A stretch of 64,000 nt of DNA from Mobula birostris (Eukaryota). Where the stretch lies: the NCBI RefSeq assembly GCF_030028105.1, contig NC_092379.1, positions 108,614,408 through 108,678,407 of the forward strand, read 5' to 3'. The translations under genes and the position numbers were made by a program. Under the pieces are notes generated by a model. The model was not told the DNA's origin. It did not search any database and worked only from the letters and a program-made list of their open reading frames with translations. Positions 44,201 to 56,200 of the stretch are shown here, piece after piece; the stretch's first letter is position 1, and each line of letters begins with the position of its first letter.

Positions 44201-47200
44201 TAAACTGCCTACTCCCATCGACCTGCACCAGGACCATAGCCCTCCATATCCCTACAATCCATCTACAAGCTTCTCTTAAATGTTGAAATCAAGCTTGAAT
44301 GCACTTGTGCTGGCAGCTCATTCCGTACTCTCACGACCCTCTGAGTGAAGAAGTTTCACCTCATTTTCACCTTTGACCCTTACACCTGACCTATGGTTGT
44401 AGGTCCACCCATACTCAGTGGAAAAAGCCTGCTTGCATTTACCCTATCTATACCCCTCATAATTTTGTATACATCTCTCAAACCTCCTCTCAATCTTCTA
44501 CATTCTAACAGATACAGTCCTAACCTAATCAATTTAGCTAACAACATCTCCTAAACCTTAGACCTCTTGTGCTGACTTTACTTCACCAGGTTACCCCAAC
44601 AGCACCTCCCAAGCCATCAACATTTAATAACAACTTTATTTATATGGCACCTTTTGTACATTAAGATACTGGATCAAAGTGTTTTACATGGGTTGTAAAG
44701 ATAAATCAATATTATCATAAAAATATGAGAGAAACTTAAAAATAAGTAAAGACAAACATTAAATGGAATAAAATATAATTGAATATACCAAATTAGATAA
44801 ATGTAGTCAAGATCAGCAGGCATTAAGTAATCCTATATCTAGGCCAAATCTAAAAAGTAGGTTTTTAGAAGTTTTTTGAAACATTCCACAGTACTAGCGT
44901 GGTGTACCTTAGTTAGTAGAGTATTCCAGGTTTTAGGTGCATCAGAGCAAAAGGACAGAGCAACAGGCACACCAAGTGCCAATTCTCATATACCTGCACC
45001 CCATCCTTAACTGAAAATATATCACTGCTTCATCAGCAGCATTTCTAAATCCTGGAACAGCCAACCCACTAGCTCCGTGAAATTAGCTTCAAACAAACTG
45101 CACAAGTTTAAGAATCATCACTGACCTCCCAGAGACACTTGGGGTTGGACAATAAGTATTGATCTTTGTCTATTTAAAGTGGAGGTTGGTAGGTTGGTGA
45201 TTAACTAGGGTATCAAATGTTATAGGGAGAAGACAGAAGAATGGGGTTGAGGGGTATAACGAATCAGTCATGCTCAAATGATAGGAGCAGACGCAATCAG
45301 CAAACAGCAAATGAAGGCCTCGACTTAAAGCATAATTGTATTTTATACAGTTGTATGCAGTATACATTACCCTGCTCAGATGTTACATCTTCAGGATTCT
45401 CAGAGGTTACTTCTTCACTTTTCTTGACTTGGTTCTTCCATTTTGGAATGTGGGAAATGCTTGGAGTAACTGTTTTCTTTTTGTCACTGGTTGCTGAGGC
45501 CTGGTAAGTCGGTGCGCCCTTATAATGAACGGCCACTGTCTTCTTTGGTTTCTGCACGTCCCGGATGTTCTCCTGCACTGGGGATACTACAGCTGTAGCT
45601 GTGAAAAGTCCATGATCTAAAACACAAAGAATGTTGACACTCCACTAACTTCTATCAGAAACTTCTTATTCACAGACTGTGCAGTGTATTCATTACGATT
45701 TCTATCAAAACTCTGTGAAACAAACTGATTGTAGCAGGAGCAAAAAATGGCAAATTAACTCAAAAAGGTGACTGTCAGAAGTCGAAGTCCCATTTCAGGA
45801 ATGAAACCCATCATCTACCTCCAGCTAAGTAATGGAGATAACAAAACTCCACAGCCAAACCACATCATTCTTAATTATGTTATGTCCATGACCCATTTTT
45901 GAATTTCATCATCAAAACATCTTCACCATTCCACTTTTCCCTCATGTTAAAAACAACTTTAACCAAGCCTTCCAGCCATCTCTACTACAGCTTGAGGCTG
46001 TTACTTTATTCATATTGTCACACTTGAATTAATATTTTAGTCCAAAACTGAAAGAAAATATTTCAGATAATTCTGAGTTTGTGTCTGATGCAAACTAAAT
46101 TGTGAGATAAACTTAGACAAAACAAACAAGACAGACAAGATTGCAGAAAAAGTAACATTTACTTTCTACACATTTTACTAATTGAGAAAGTCAGTAGAGA
46201 TCGAGACCAGAGGCTTCAGACATAGTGAGGCCAGTGGTCACTGGGCTGATGGATTAGGGTAGACCAGCCCATTGCCATAAAGGATTGACATTGCAATATC
46301 TGCTATTTCCATAATATTACAATTTGAGTCAGGCACTGGGCGAAAAACAAATGTTGAATGAAATGTGATTAGTCTTCACCTCGAACATTGCCAACAGAAT
46401 TCATCTTCTGGATTTGCAGGTGTAAGAAAGTTTTCAGAACCAAGCCACTCACTCACCTTTCAGATTACTGTGCTCAGACTCTTCTGGAGTCTTCTGTGCC
46501 TGTTCTGTCAGCACTAAATGATTCTGCACTCTTGGAACCTGGGCACTGTATTCAACTGAAGCAGATGTTGGCTTCCTAATCTCAGTAGACATGTGGGCTT
46601 CTGTGGTGTCTTCAGGGGTATATACAACATTGTCATGCCTTGTTGGGCCTGGAACCTGTCCACCAGCAGCAGATTCTGTTCTAGAGACTGCAGATCTGTA
46701 CTGACCTGTAATACAGATTTAATGACTTAATCTATTGGGATCCAGTTGCAGTACACCCTCACATTCCCAGAGCATACAGTCCGATATTCTACTTTTTCAT
46801 ATCAAGTAGCAACAAAAGAAAGATATTTTCAGAAGATGTTCAGAAGGAATTCTGCTGCAGAATTCCTGGTCCAGTACTTATTTACATTATAAGCGAGTCA
46901 GGGAAGGTTGGTTCCTTGAGGTTGTCATAGTTGGGGGGTCCAGGGCGGGTGATAGTAATGGGGGTGAGCCCCCACTACCTATTAAATACTCCTAATGGCG
47001 TGCATCTCAAATAGTCTCTGACAACCAAGTCCAGCTCACAGCCTTCATGGACCACTCAGCAAATGGAATTGTTTCCACTCTCAAGAGAAGGGGCAAAAGC
47101 CGTAAGATGCCTTAAGACCAGCCATTTTGGTTAAATGGGGCTTGTCAGCCATGGTTGGCAGCTCATCAAGGAGAAGGAAAACTCTGATCTCAAATCCCTG

Positions 47201-50200
47201 CTGGCTTGCGGCTAAACCCTCTCACGGGGAAGGCTTCAGGAATAAACCCCAAAGAAGTATCTGGAGCTGGAGTCCCACATCAAGTTCAATGTGACTGGCA
47301 ACTCCTGCGACACCGCTGGTGTCACACTGCTTTGGTCTCTTCCGTTCCTTTGGATTCATCAGCTGACTGGACAGGGGGAGTCTCCTGCATGGGCAACAGC
47401 TTCCTCTCCATTTTGTACTGGCTTGCAAACAGGTAGGGCGCAACATCCATGGGAGACTCCGATCAACAGAGGGCCTCAAACAGAGGAGCTTTTAGCTACC
47501 TACAGTATTCACATCAAGAATCAGCAACAACATTTTTTCCCCTAAAGGTAAATGCCAGCACAACCAGAAATACCTATCTACAAGAAGGGTCAGAGCCGTC
47601 TCTATTTCCTGAGGAGACTGAGGTCCTTTAACATCTGCTGGACGATGCTGAGGATGTTCTACGAGTCTATTCTGGCCAGTTCTATCATGTTTGCTGTTGT
47701 GTGCTGGGGCAGCAGGCTGAGGGTAGCAGACACCAACAGAATCAACAATCTCATTCGTAAGGCCAGTGATGTTGTGGGGATGGAACTGGACTCCCTCACG
47801 GTGGTGTCTGAAAAGAGGATGCTGTCCAAGTTGCATGCTATCTTGGACAATGTCTCCCATCCATTACATAATGTACTGGTTGGGCCCAGGAGTACATTCA
47901 GCCAGAGACTCATTCCACCGAGATGCAACACAGAGCGTCATAGGAAGTCATTCCTGCCTGTGGCTGTCAAACTTTACAACTCCTCCCTTGGAGGGTCAGA
48001 CACCCTGAGCCAATAGGCTGGTCCTGGACTTATTTCCTGGCATTTACATATTACTATTTAATTATTTATGTGTTTATATTACTTCATTTCTACTCTATTC
48101 TTGGTTGGTACAACTGTAACAAAAACCAATTTCCCTCGGGATCAATAAAGTATGACTATGACTAACTATGCACTGATGCCAATGACCAATTGGAACACAT
48201 TTCTACACTCAATTCCCATCCTGTATCTTTCACTCTTCTACTGCTGATGCCACTGGTTCACCTCACCACAATCTTCTCCATTTGCCAGGAACCAGCACCG
48301 TGGTGCTCTGCTGCAACCTCTGACCATTTGGCTCGAAGGTTCGGTGAAAACCAGAGCTAAGTAAATGCTATAAGAAACCCCTACCATAGCATGCAGTTGG
48401 TTTGTACTTTTGAGTTTCACGTTCCTCCTCCTGACTCTCTAGCAAGCAATCTCCCAAGCAGATGTTGGAACCCAAGGAACAAGTAAAGTGCCTTAGTACC
48501 AATTAGTGGGCTTGATCACTTCAGCACCTCGTGTTTCTTCACTCAGCTGGGCACAATGATTCCAAGATAACACTCTTAACCTCCCCAGATTTCAGATTTC
48601 CATCTCTCGCACTATTTTACTTTGGTGATAATAATAAGTGTGTTCTATTACAGCAACAAGGTCAAAGACAAAACCTTAGCTACAGTTATACCTGCTGATC
48701 TGTAAGATGAGACCAGCGCAGGCAGGTTCGCCAAATCACTTAAGATCAGAAAATATAACATCTGCCATTAATTGCTTTATACCCACCTGCACTTAGTATT
48801 AATCAGCTAGTTCAAATAAAAGGGATCTTGAGTAGGCATGCAGAAGGAATTAAAGCATTGCAATGTGCATTAAGAAAGAAGACTTCTGCATGCATTTTTA
48901 AACATCAAAGCTGGTAAGTTGAGGGTGACAAATACCCTGGAAATTCACATGCACAAGGTAGTTCATTGTTCTTTCAAAAGTAACCTAGCCACCTCTCACT
49001 CTCATACAAACGACACCGTCTTTAAAATGCATCAAAAAGAAAATAAAGTGTTTTATTTTTATTCAATTCATACCTTCAATATTACTGCCCACAATATTTT
49101 TGTCTTGTCCTTGAGGTTTCCTCATTTTAAATTTGACACAATTACGGTGTGCTGTTCTGAAATACTACACTGTATATGGTGGTCATAAAATCATCCACAA
49201 TGAACCGAGAGGCCCATCACCATTTCTCGCATCCATAGTTTAAATAGGAATCCTGAAGCTTTTGTTTGTTTATATATCTTATTTATTTAGAAATACTGCA
49301 CAGCGTAGGCACTTCTGGTCCTTCGAGCAATGCCGCCCCAGCAACCCCACAACCGTGATTAACCCTAACCTAATCGTGGGACAATTTACAATCACTAATT
49401 AGCCTACTAACCAGTGCATTTTTGGACTATGGAACTCTGAACTTCAGAACGCCCCAAGCTGTAATGTAGCTGTGGTAACCGCTGCTCTACTGTGGCGTCC
49501 AGAATCTACTACCCAGTTGTTCTGCTTCAGATGGGCTGCACTGTTTGAAGCCTTTTCCTACAGAATCAAGCCACTTGACATGAGTTTAAACAACGAACTA
49601 ATTCCACTGCAGAGGTACCTGGAAAATATTACATGTTCTATGGAGGTGCAGAAGTTATTAAAGTCATACTAATTTACGATTACTGTTCGGCAAGTTATTT
49701 GACACTATAATTTGTGTGTGTATATTCCAATTCATCACATCGATATTTCAAATTGTGCAATTAATAATATGTAGTTAAGCTTCTAGTTTAACATTATGTG
49801 AACCTTCCAGTCTTTACTTAGCTCTCACCACAATGCTTAAGTAACATAAAACTGGTGCTTCTTGCTTTCTGGCATGGAGTCTGTGGAGAGTTATTGGCAC
49901 TGGCCACTCAGCAGTTGACTGACATTACATCAGCAAGGGTAAACTTTGGTTAATGACTGGCAACGACAGACATTTCAAAAGAGTCTGTCCTCACCACAGA
50001 GGTTCCTAGATCTTCATGGGGATTTTATTTAACATTGGGAAGCACCATCACTTCACCACTGACAAGAACATTTTGGGGCATGGCTTTGAGAATATTTTGA
50101 AGAGACAGGTCCTTGGGGGAGAAAGTTATGTGCTAAAAGCACTGACTGCCCCAGCACACATCAGTTAGAAAACAATCGTGTTGACTTTGAATGTATACTT

Positions 50201-53200
50201 CAATCCAGTACACTGAAAGCAAAGGGCTGACATAAGTGACAGCGTTCCAATATTCAGTTAGGCAGCAACTGTATAGCCCCAACTTTAATATGCCTTAAAA
50301 TAACACAAATCCTTAAAGAATCTACTACCACAATGAGCAGATAGGCAATTAAAGTGTTTCTGTAAAAGCTTGTTCCAACACCTATATTAAACAATGCCAA
50401 ACAAAGCAGCCCAACCACGAGATTTGAATTATTTCTGCATGGATAAGAATGGAAAAGATAATTACATGAGGGAGTGGGGACAGAAGAGCATGGCTGGATG
50501 AAGAGGAGAAAGAATGGACTCTGCATAGCATCAGTGGTGAGGTAGAACAGCTGGATTGAATAGCCTTGTCGCTCTCATAAATCCAAAGTACTGCAGACAT
50601 TATGGGTTATGTGACTGACAGAGCACACATTTACTTGCATTAACAATAAAACTGTCAGTCACAATAGACATACCCTTTTCAAGTGTTTTTGGAGAAATGC
50701 GTACAGTATTGGAGTCATCACTACTGCTTTCCCAAGAATCATTTTGTTGCATCCGCTATGGAACAAAAAGAGGATACGAGTCAAAGTCAGGTTATATGTT
50801 AAGTGCATCCATACAGGCAACCCCTGCTTTATGGGGTGGAGGGGAGAGGTTGAATTCCTGAAAAAATTACCTGCAACAATTTTATGTAACATGAAGCCAA
50901 GTCATCTGAGCATGTGTGAAGATATGTGTGTTGAAACAGAATAAATTACATTTATTCATTTACTTATGTAACCCTTTCACCAGGGCTTGTATACAAATTC
51001 AGCTTCTTAGCTAACACTGCTTACAGCCACCTTTCATAAGCGATATACGTCTAGGGTCAGTATGATTTGTGGTTCAACCAAACAGAAACATCGAGATGTT
51101 CTGATTAAAAGAACCTTGATTTGAGTGAATGCTGTGTAAATATCACCCATACACAGTTTTCCATAGCCCAGAAATGACAGATTGTACACCAGCATAAAAT
51201 TATAAAGGAAGTATATTTACCAGTTTTCAACTTTATCATAAGAACATAAGAAATAGGAGTAGGAGTAGGCCATCAGGCCCATCGAGCCTGCCCCGCCATT
51301 CAATAAGATCATGGCTGATCTGTCCATAAGCTCAGCTCCATCTATCTGCCTTTTCCCCATAACCCTTAATTGCCTTACTATGTAAAAACCTATCTAACTG
51401 TTTCTTAAATATATTTAGTGAGGAAGCCTCAACTGCTTCCCTGGGCAGAGAATTCCACAGATTCACCACTCTCTGGGAAAAACAGTTTCTCCTCATCTCC
51501 GTCCTAAATCTTCTCCACTGAATCTTGAAGCAAAGTCCCCTGGTTCTAGTCTCACCTACCAATGGAAACAACTTTCCTACTACTATCTTATCTAACTCCC
51601 GCAAAATTTTGTATGTTTCTATAAGATCCCTTCTCATTCTTCTGAACTCCAAAGAGTATAGTCCCAGGCGACTCCATCTCTCCTCATAGGTTAACCCCTT
51701 CATCCCTGGAATCAACCTGGTGAACCTCTTCTGCACTGCCTCCAAAGCCAGTATATCCTTCCTCAAGTATGGAGACCAGAACTGCACACAGTACTCCAGG
51801 TGTGGCCTCACCAGTAACCTGTATGGTTGCAACATGCACAACAGCATGCTGCAATCTTTTACCATTTAAATAATAATCTGCTCTTCTATTATTCCTTCCA
51901 AAGTGGACAATCTCACATTTACTAACATTGTATTCCATCTGCCAGACCTTGGCCCACTCACTTAACCTATCTATATCCCTCTGCAGACTCCCCACATGCC
52001 TGTACAATTTGGTTTTCCACTCAGTTTAGTGTCATCAGCAAATTTTGCTATGCTCTACTCAGTCCTCTCTTCCAAATTATCAGTGTAAATGGTAAACAGC
52101 TGCAGGCCCAGCACTGACTCCTGCGGCACCCCACTCACCACTGACTGCCAACCGGAGAAACACCCATTAATACCAACTCTCCGCCTTCTATCGGTTAACC
52201 GATCCACTATCCATGCCAGTACACTTCTTCCGACTCCATGCATCCGTATTTTATTTATAAGTCTCTTGTACGGCACCTTATTGAACGCCTTAAGTTGTCA
52301 GTTAACAGAGAAAGATAAAAGGACCTATTACAGTTAAACCAGTCTAAATGTGCACATAAATATTGGAGCAACACACACAAGATGCTGGTTGAACGTATAG
52401 GAAGAAGCATAGTCAACGTCTCGGCCCGACTGTGCTTCTTCCTATAGATGCTGCCTGGCCTGCTGCGTTCACCAGCATTTTGTGTGTGGTGCTTGAATTT
52501 CCAGCATCTGCAGATTTCCTCGTGTTTGCGTACATAAATATTGGAGCTCATTCCTGGCATAGTCGGGATGTATTCATGCACTGGACCCATGGTCTGCATG
52601 AAAGCACCCACCACTGTCCAAATTTCCCTCGAAGGAACTGGCTCTCTCTGGAATACTAGCCCTTCCTCCTTGGAGCCATTCATCTATACAAAGCATTTCT
52701 TGCAAAGGTGACTCTCCCTCTGACAGCATTCTGCGGCATCTTCCTTTGTGTCCTGCTCTGCAGCTCCCGCTGAAAGACCCCAACCAAAATACTGCCTTCC
52801 AGAAATCTGAACCCGCCCAGAACTCCCGAATCTTCCACTGGACAGAAAGTTATAACTGGCTGGCACAACACTCCTAATTGGACAACATGGCTCCTTACCT
52901 TTAGCCAAAGCCAAAACAGTCTTACCAGCAGGACACGAAGCTTTTACATAAAACTGCTAAAACAAAATGCTTCACAGTAAAAATCTTAACCAGGGTATTA
53001 CAATTAATTTTCCCCACATAAACTCGATTAGAGCTCATTTTATTTCATATCTGAAAAGTGCGGGTGATCTTTTGTGAATTCTGTAAAGGTGAACTTCCAT
53101 TACCCAAATGTCTCTACTTCACTTAATCCTCAGGATGCATTCCCCAGAAAAAGAGTGTTAATAAATTGAGTCATTATAGCATATGAATTCTTGTTAATTC

Positions 53201-56200
53201 TGGAATAGCATTGGAACCAGTACATTTTGGCCCAATTAAGTGACAGCCCCAATTAGCTGAAGTTTCATAGAAATAGTTAAAAAGATATAAAGAAGACTAA
53301 CTGTATTAATTCTGTAAAACAAAATTAAAATGAAGTACAGAACGAATCAGAACACTATCAATACTACAAGACTACAATAATCCGTGTACTAGTTACCAAT
53401 AGTTACTGATGGAGGAATTCATTCAGTGTATGCTGCTGTGTTCTTTTGATTGACTGTAAATGACAAAATCAGTGCAGACAACTGGTGCAGATAATTGACT
53501 GCCTTCAAAGTTCAATGTAAATTTATTGTCAAAGTACATAAATATCACCATATACAACCCTGAGGTTTATTTTCTTGTGAGCATACACAGTAAATCCAAG
53601 AAACGCAATCGAGTCAATGAAAGACTGCACCAACAAGACAGACAAGCCACTTATGTGCAAAAGACAACAAACTGTGCAAATACAAATGAAAAATAAACAT
53701 TAATAATAATAATAACTAAACAATAACTATCAAGAACATGAGGTGAAGAGTCCACAAAAGTGAGTCTTTAGATTCTGGGAACAGTTCAGTGATGGAGCGA
53801 GAGAAGTTTTCCCCTCTGGTTCAAGAGCCTGATGTTTGAGGGGTAATAATTGTTCCTAAACCTGATGGTGTGGATCCTGAAGTAATTCCACCCAGCCAGA
53901 GCCTTACAACATGTTAGAAGTCTAAATGCAAATGTGAACAATTAACACAGTTGCAGTTCAGCGACATCTTGGATTGCAGGGAGAAAGGGGCTAGAAATTC
54001 TATTGTATAATGCAATATTTATGCTAACCACACAATGATATTTTAATATTTAGTAACACACATCGGATACTGGAGGAGCTTAACAAGTTATGGACAGGAA
54101 TAAAGTCGACACTTTAGGCCTTTTCATTAGGACTTGGTCCGAAACATTGACTATTTATTCTCCTCCATAGACGCTGCCTGAACTGTTGAGTTCCTCCAAT
54201 ATTTAGTGTGTGTTGCTCAAGGTTTCCAACATCTTCAGAATCTTTTGTGTTATTAATATTTAGTGACTTCCAAGGAACAGTAGCAAAACAAATTTACACA
54301 TGATAGCACCTGGACCCACGCAGCAGTGCCCAAAGGGATAGGCAAATGAGACCCAAATACACTTTCACAAAGAACAGAAGACTTGCTTTAACAAGCCGGC
54401 AAGTCCAGTTCTTAGAGAATTCATGCATGTCTTTTCTTGTTTGCTTGTTACCCTCTCTATCCTTTGCAATACTCTACCTGTAGAACCTTGGACCCTCAGT
54501 ATTCCTGCCTCACAGTACCCAATACTTCCCAACAGTTCATTGCACCTCCTGCTCAAAGGGTTTCGAGATCTCTAGCCCCACCAGAGTGAAGACCGACCCC
54601 TCCCAATGCTAGGTTTCTCTCCACTGTGACTTATTCCTCTGAAACTGAACTCCCCAGGTTCCTTCAATATTGGAATCCTCTGGAGAAATGATCTTTAAAT
54701 TTCTAAGACCTGCTCTTTTCTATATGTTGCTTTTGGCTTCATGTTTTTGACAAGCAAAGGGCCTTGTGTACAACAAGTTTTGGTATTCCCCCTATACGTC
54801 AAACAATCTAACCCACCTTTCCTGGGGTAATTTCAACCAAACTTCAATAATAAACTCATATTAACAGACCAATTGCAATTTGATCCCACTGAATCCCCTA
54901 AGGTGAGTTATCCTAGTTTTTTGTGAACTTTCTTCTCACTCATAGAAAATACCAATTACAGAATCTTAAAATATGTCAGCAGAGAAGGCAATTTAGCTGA
55001 CAACAGCTGTTAGAAGAACTAAACAAGCAGAAAACATTAATCATTTCCAGACATCCCACCCTGCAAAAACTCATTTCAGGGAGGTAGCACAACCACCCCA
55101 CCCCCCGCAACCCCATATCCCACCCCCCGTCATTATTTTTGACCCCTATTAGGCAGGGGTACACTTTAGTGTAGTCTGGGGTGAAGTATGTTTTATATTT
55201 TCTTTTTTTGGAACACTCGGCCATGGCGCTGCAGGACACTAATATATATCTCACTCACTCAAAAAAATCGATTTCCGGGATATTGTATATAATTTGCGGG
55301 CATCAGCGAGCCGCTATCAATATGCAGGAGACCCCCGGAACTTCCAGGAGAGGTGGGATGTCTGCATTTCTGTGACCTCCTCCCTCACTACCATTTTGGG
55401 CCCCAAACAGTCCTTACAGGCGAGGAACAACAGGAATTCTGCAGATGCTGGAAATTCAAGCAACACACATCAAAGTTGCTGGCGAACGCAGCAGGCCAGG
55501 CAGCATCTCTAGGAAGAGGTACAGTCGACGTTTCAGGCTGAGACCCTTCGTCAGGATTAACTAAAGGAAGAGTTAGTAAGAGATTTGAAAGTGGGAGGGG
55601 GAGGGGGAGATCCAAAATGATAGGAGAAGACAGGAGGGGGAGGGATGGAGCCAAGAGCTGGACAGGTGATTGGCAAAGGGGATATCAGAGGATCATGGGA
55701 CAGGAGGTCCGTGGAGAAAGACAAGCAGGGGGAACCCAGAGGATTGGCAAGGGGTATAGTCAGAGGGACAGAGGGAGAAAAAGGAGAGAGAGAGAAAGAA
55801 TGTGTGTATATAAATAAATAACGGATGGGGTACGAGGGGGTGGGGCATTAGCGGAAGTTAGAGAAGTCAATGTTCATGCCATCAGGTTGGAGGCTACCCA
55901 GACGGAATCTAAGATGTTGTTCCTCCAACCTGAGTGTGGCTTCATCTTTACAGTAGAGGAGGCCGTGGATAGGCATGTCGGAATGGGAATGGGATGTGGA
56001 ATTAAAATGTGTGGCCACTGGGAGATCCTGCTTTCTCTGGCGGACAGAGCACAGGTGTTCAGCAAAGCGGTCTCCCAGTCTGCATCAGGTCTCGCCAATA
56101 TATAGAAGGCCACATCGGGAGCACCGGACACAGTATATCACCCCCCCCATAAGCTGCTCCCTTGCCTCTCGTGACTACCTCTTTATTGTCCTCATCTCTG

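Noticed and set aside
52540-52960. Unique stretch with overlapping small ORFs and two minus-strand GTAAG donors (possible internal first exon)
   Set aside because: The nearest acceptor-donor pair has an in-frame TAA, and there is no promoter evidence or recognisable protein motif.
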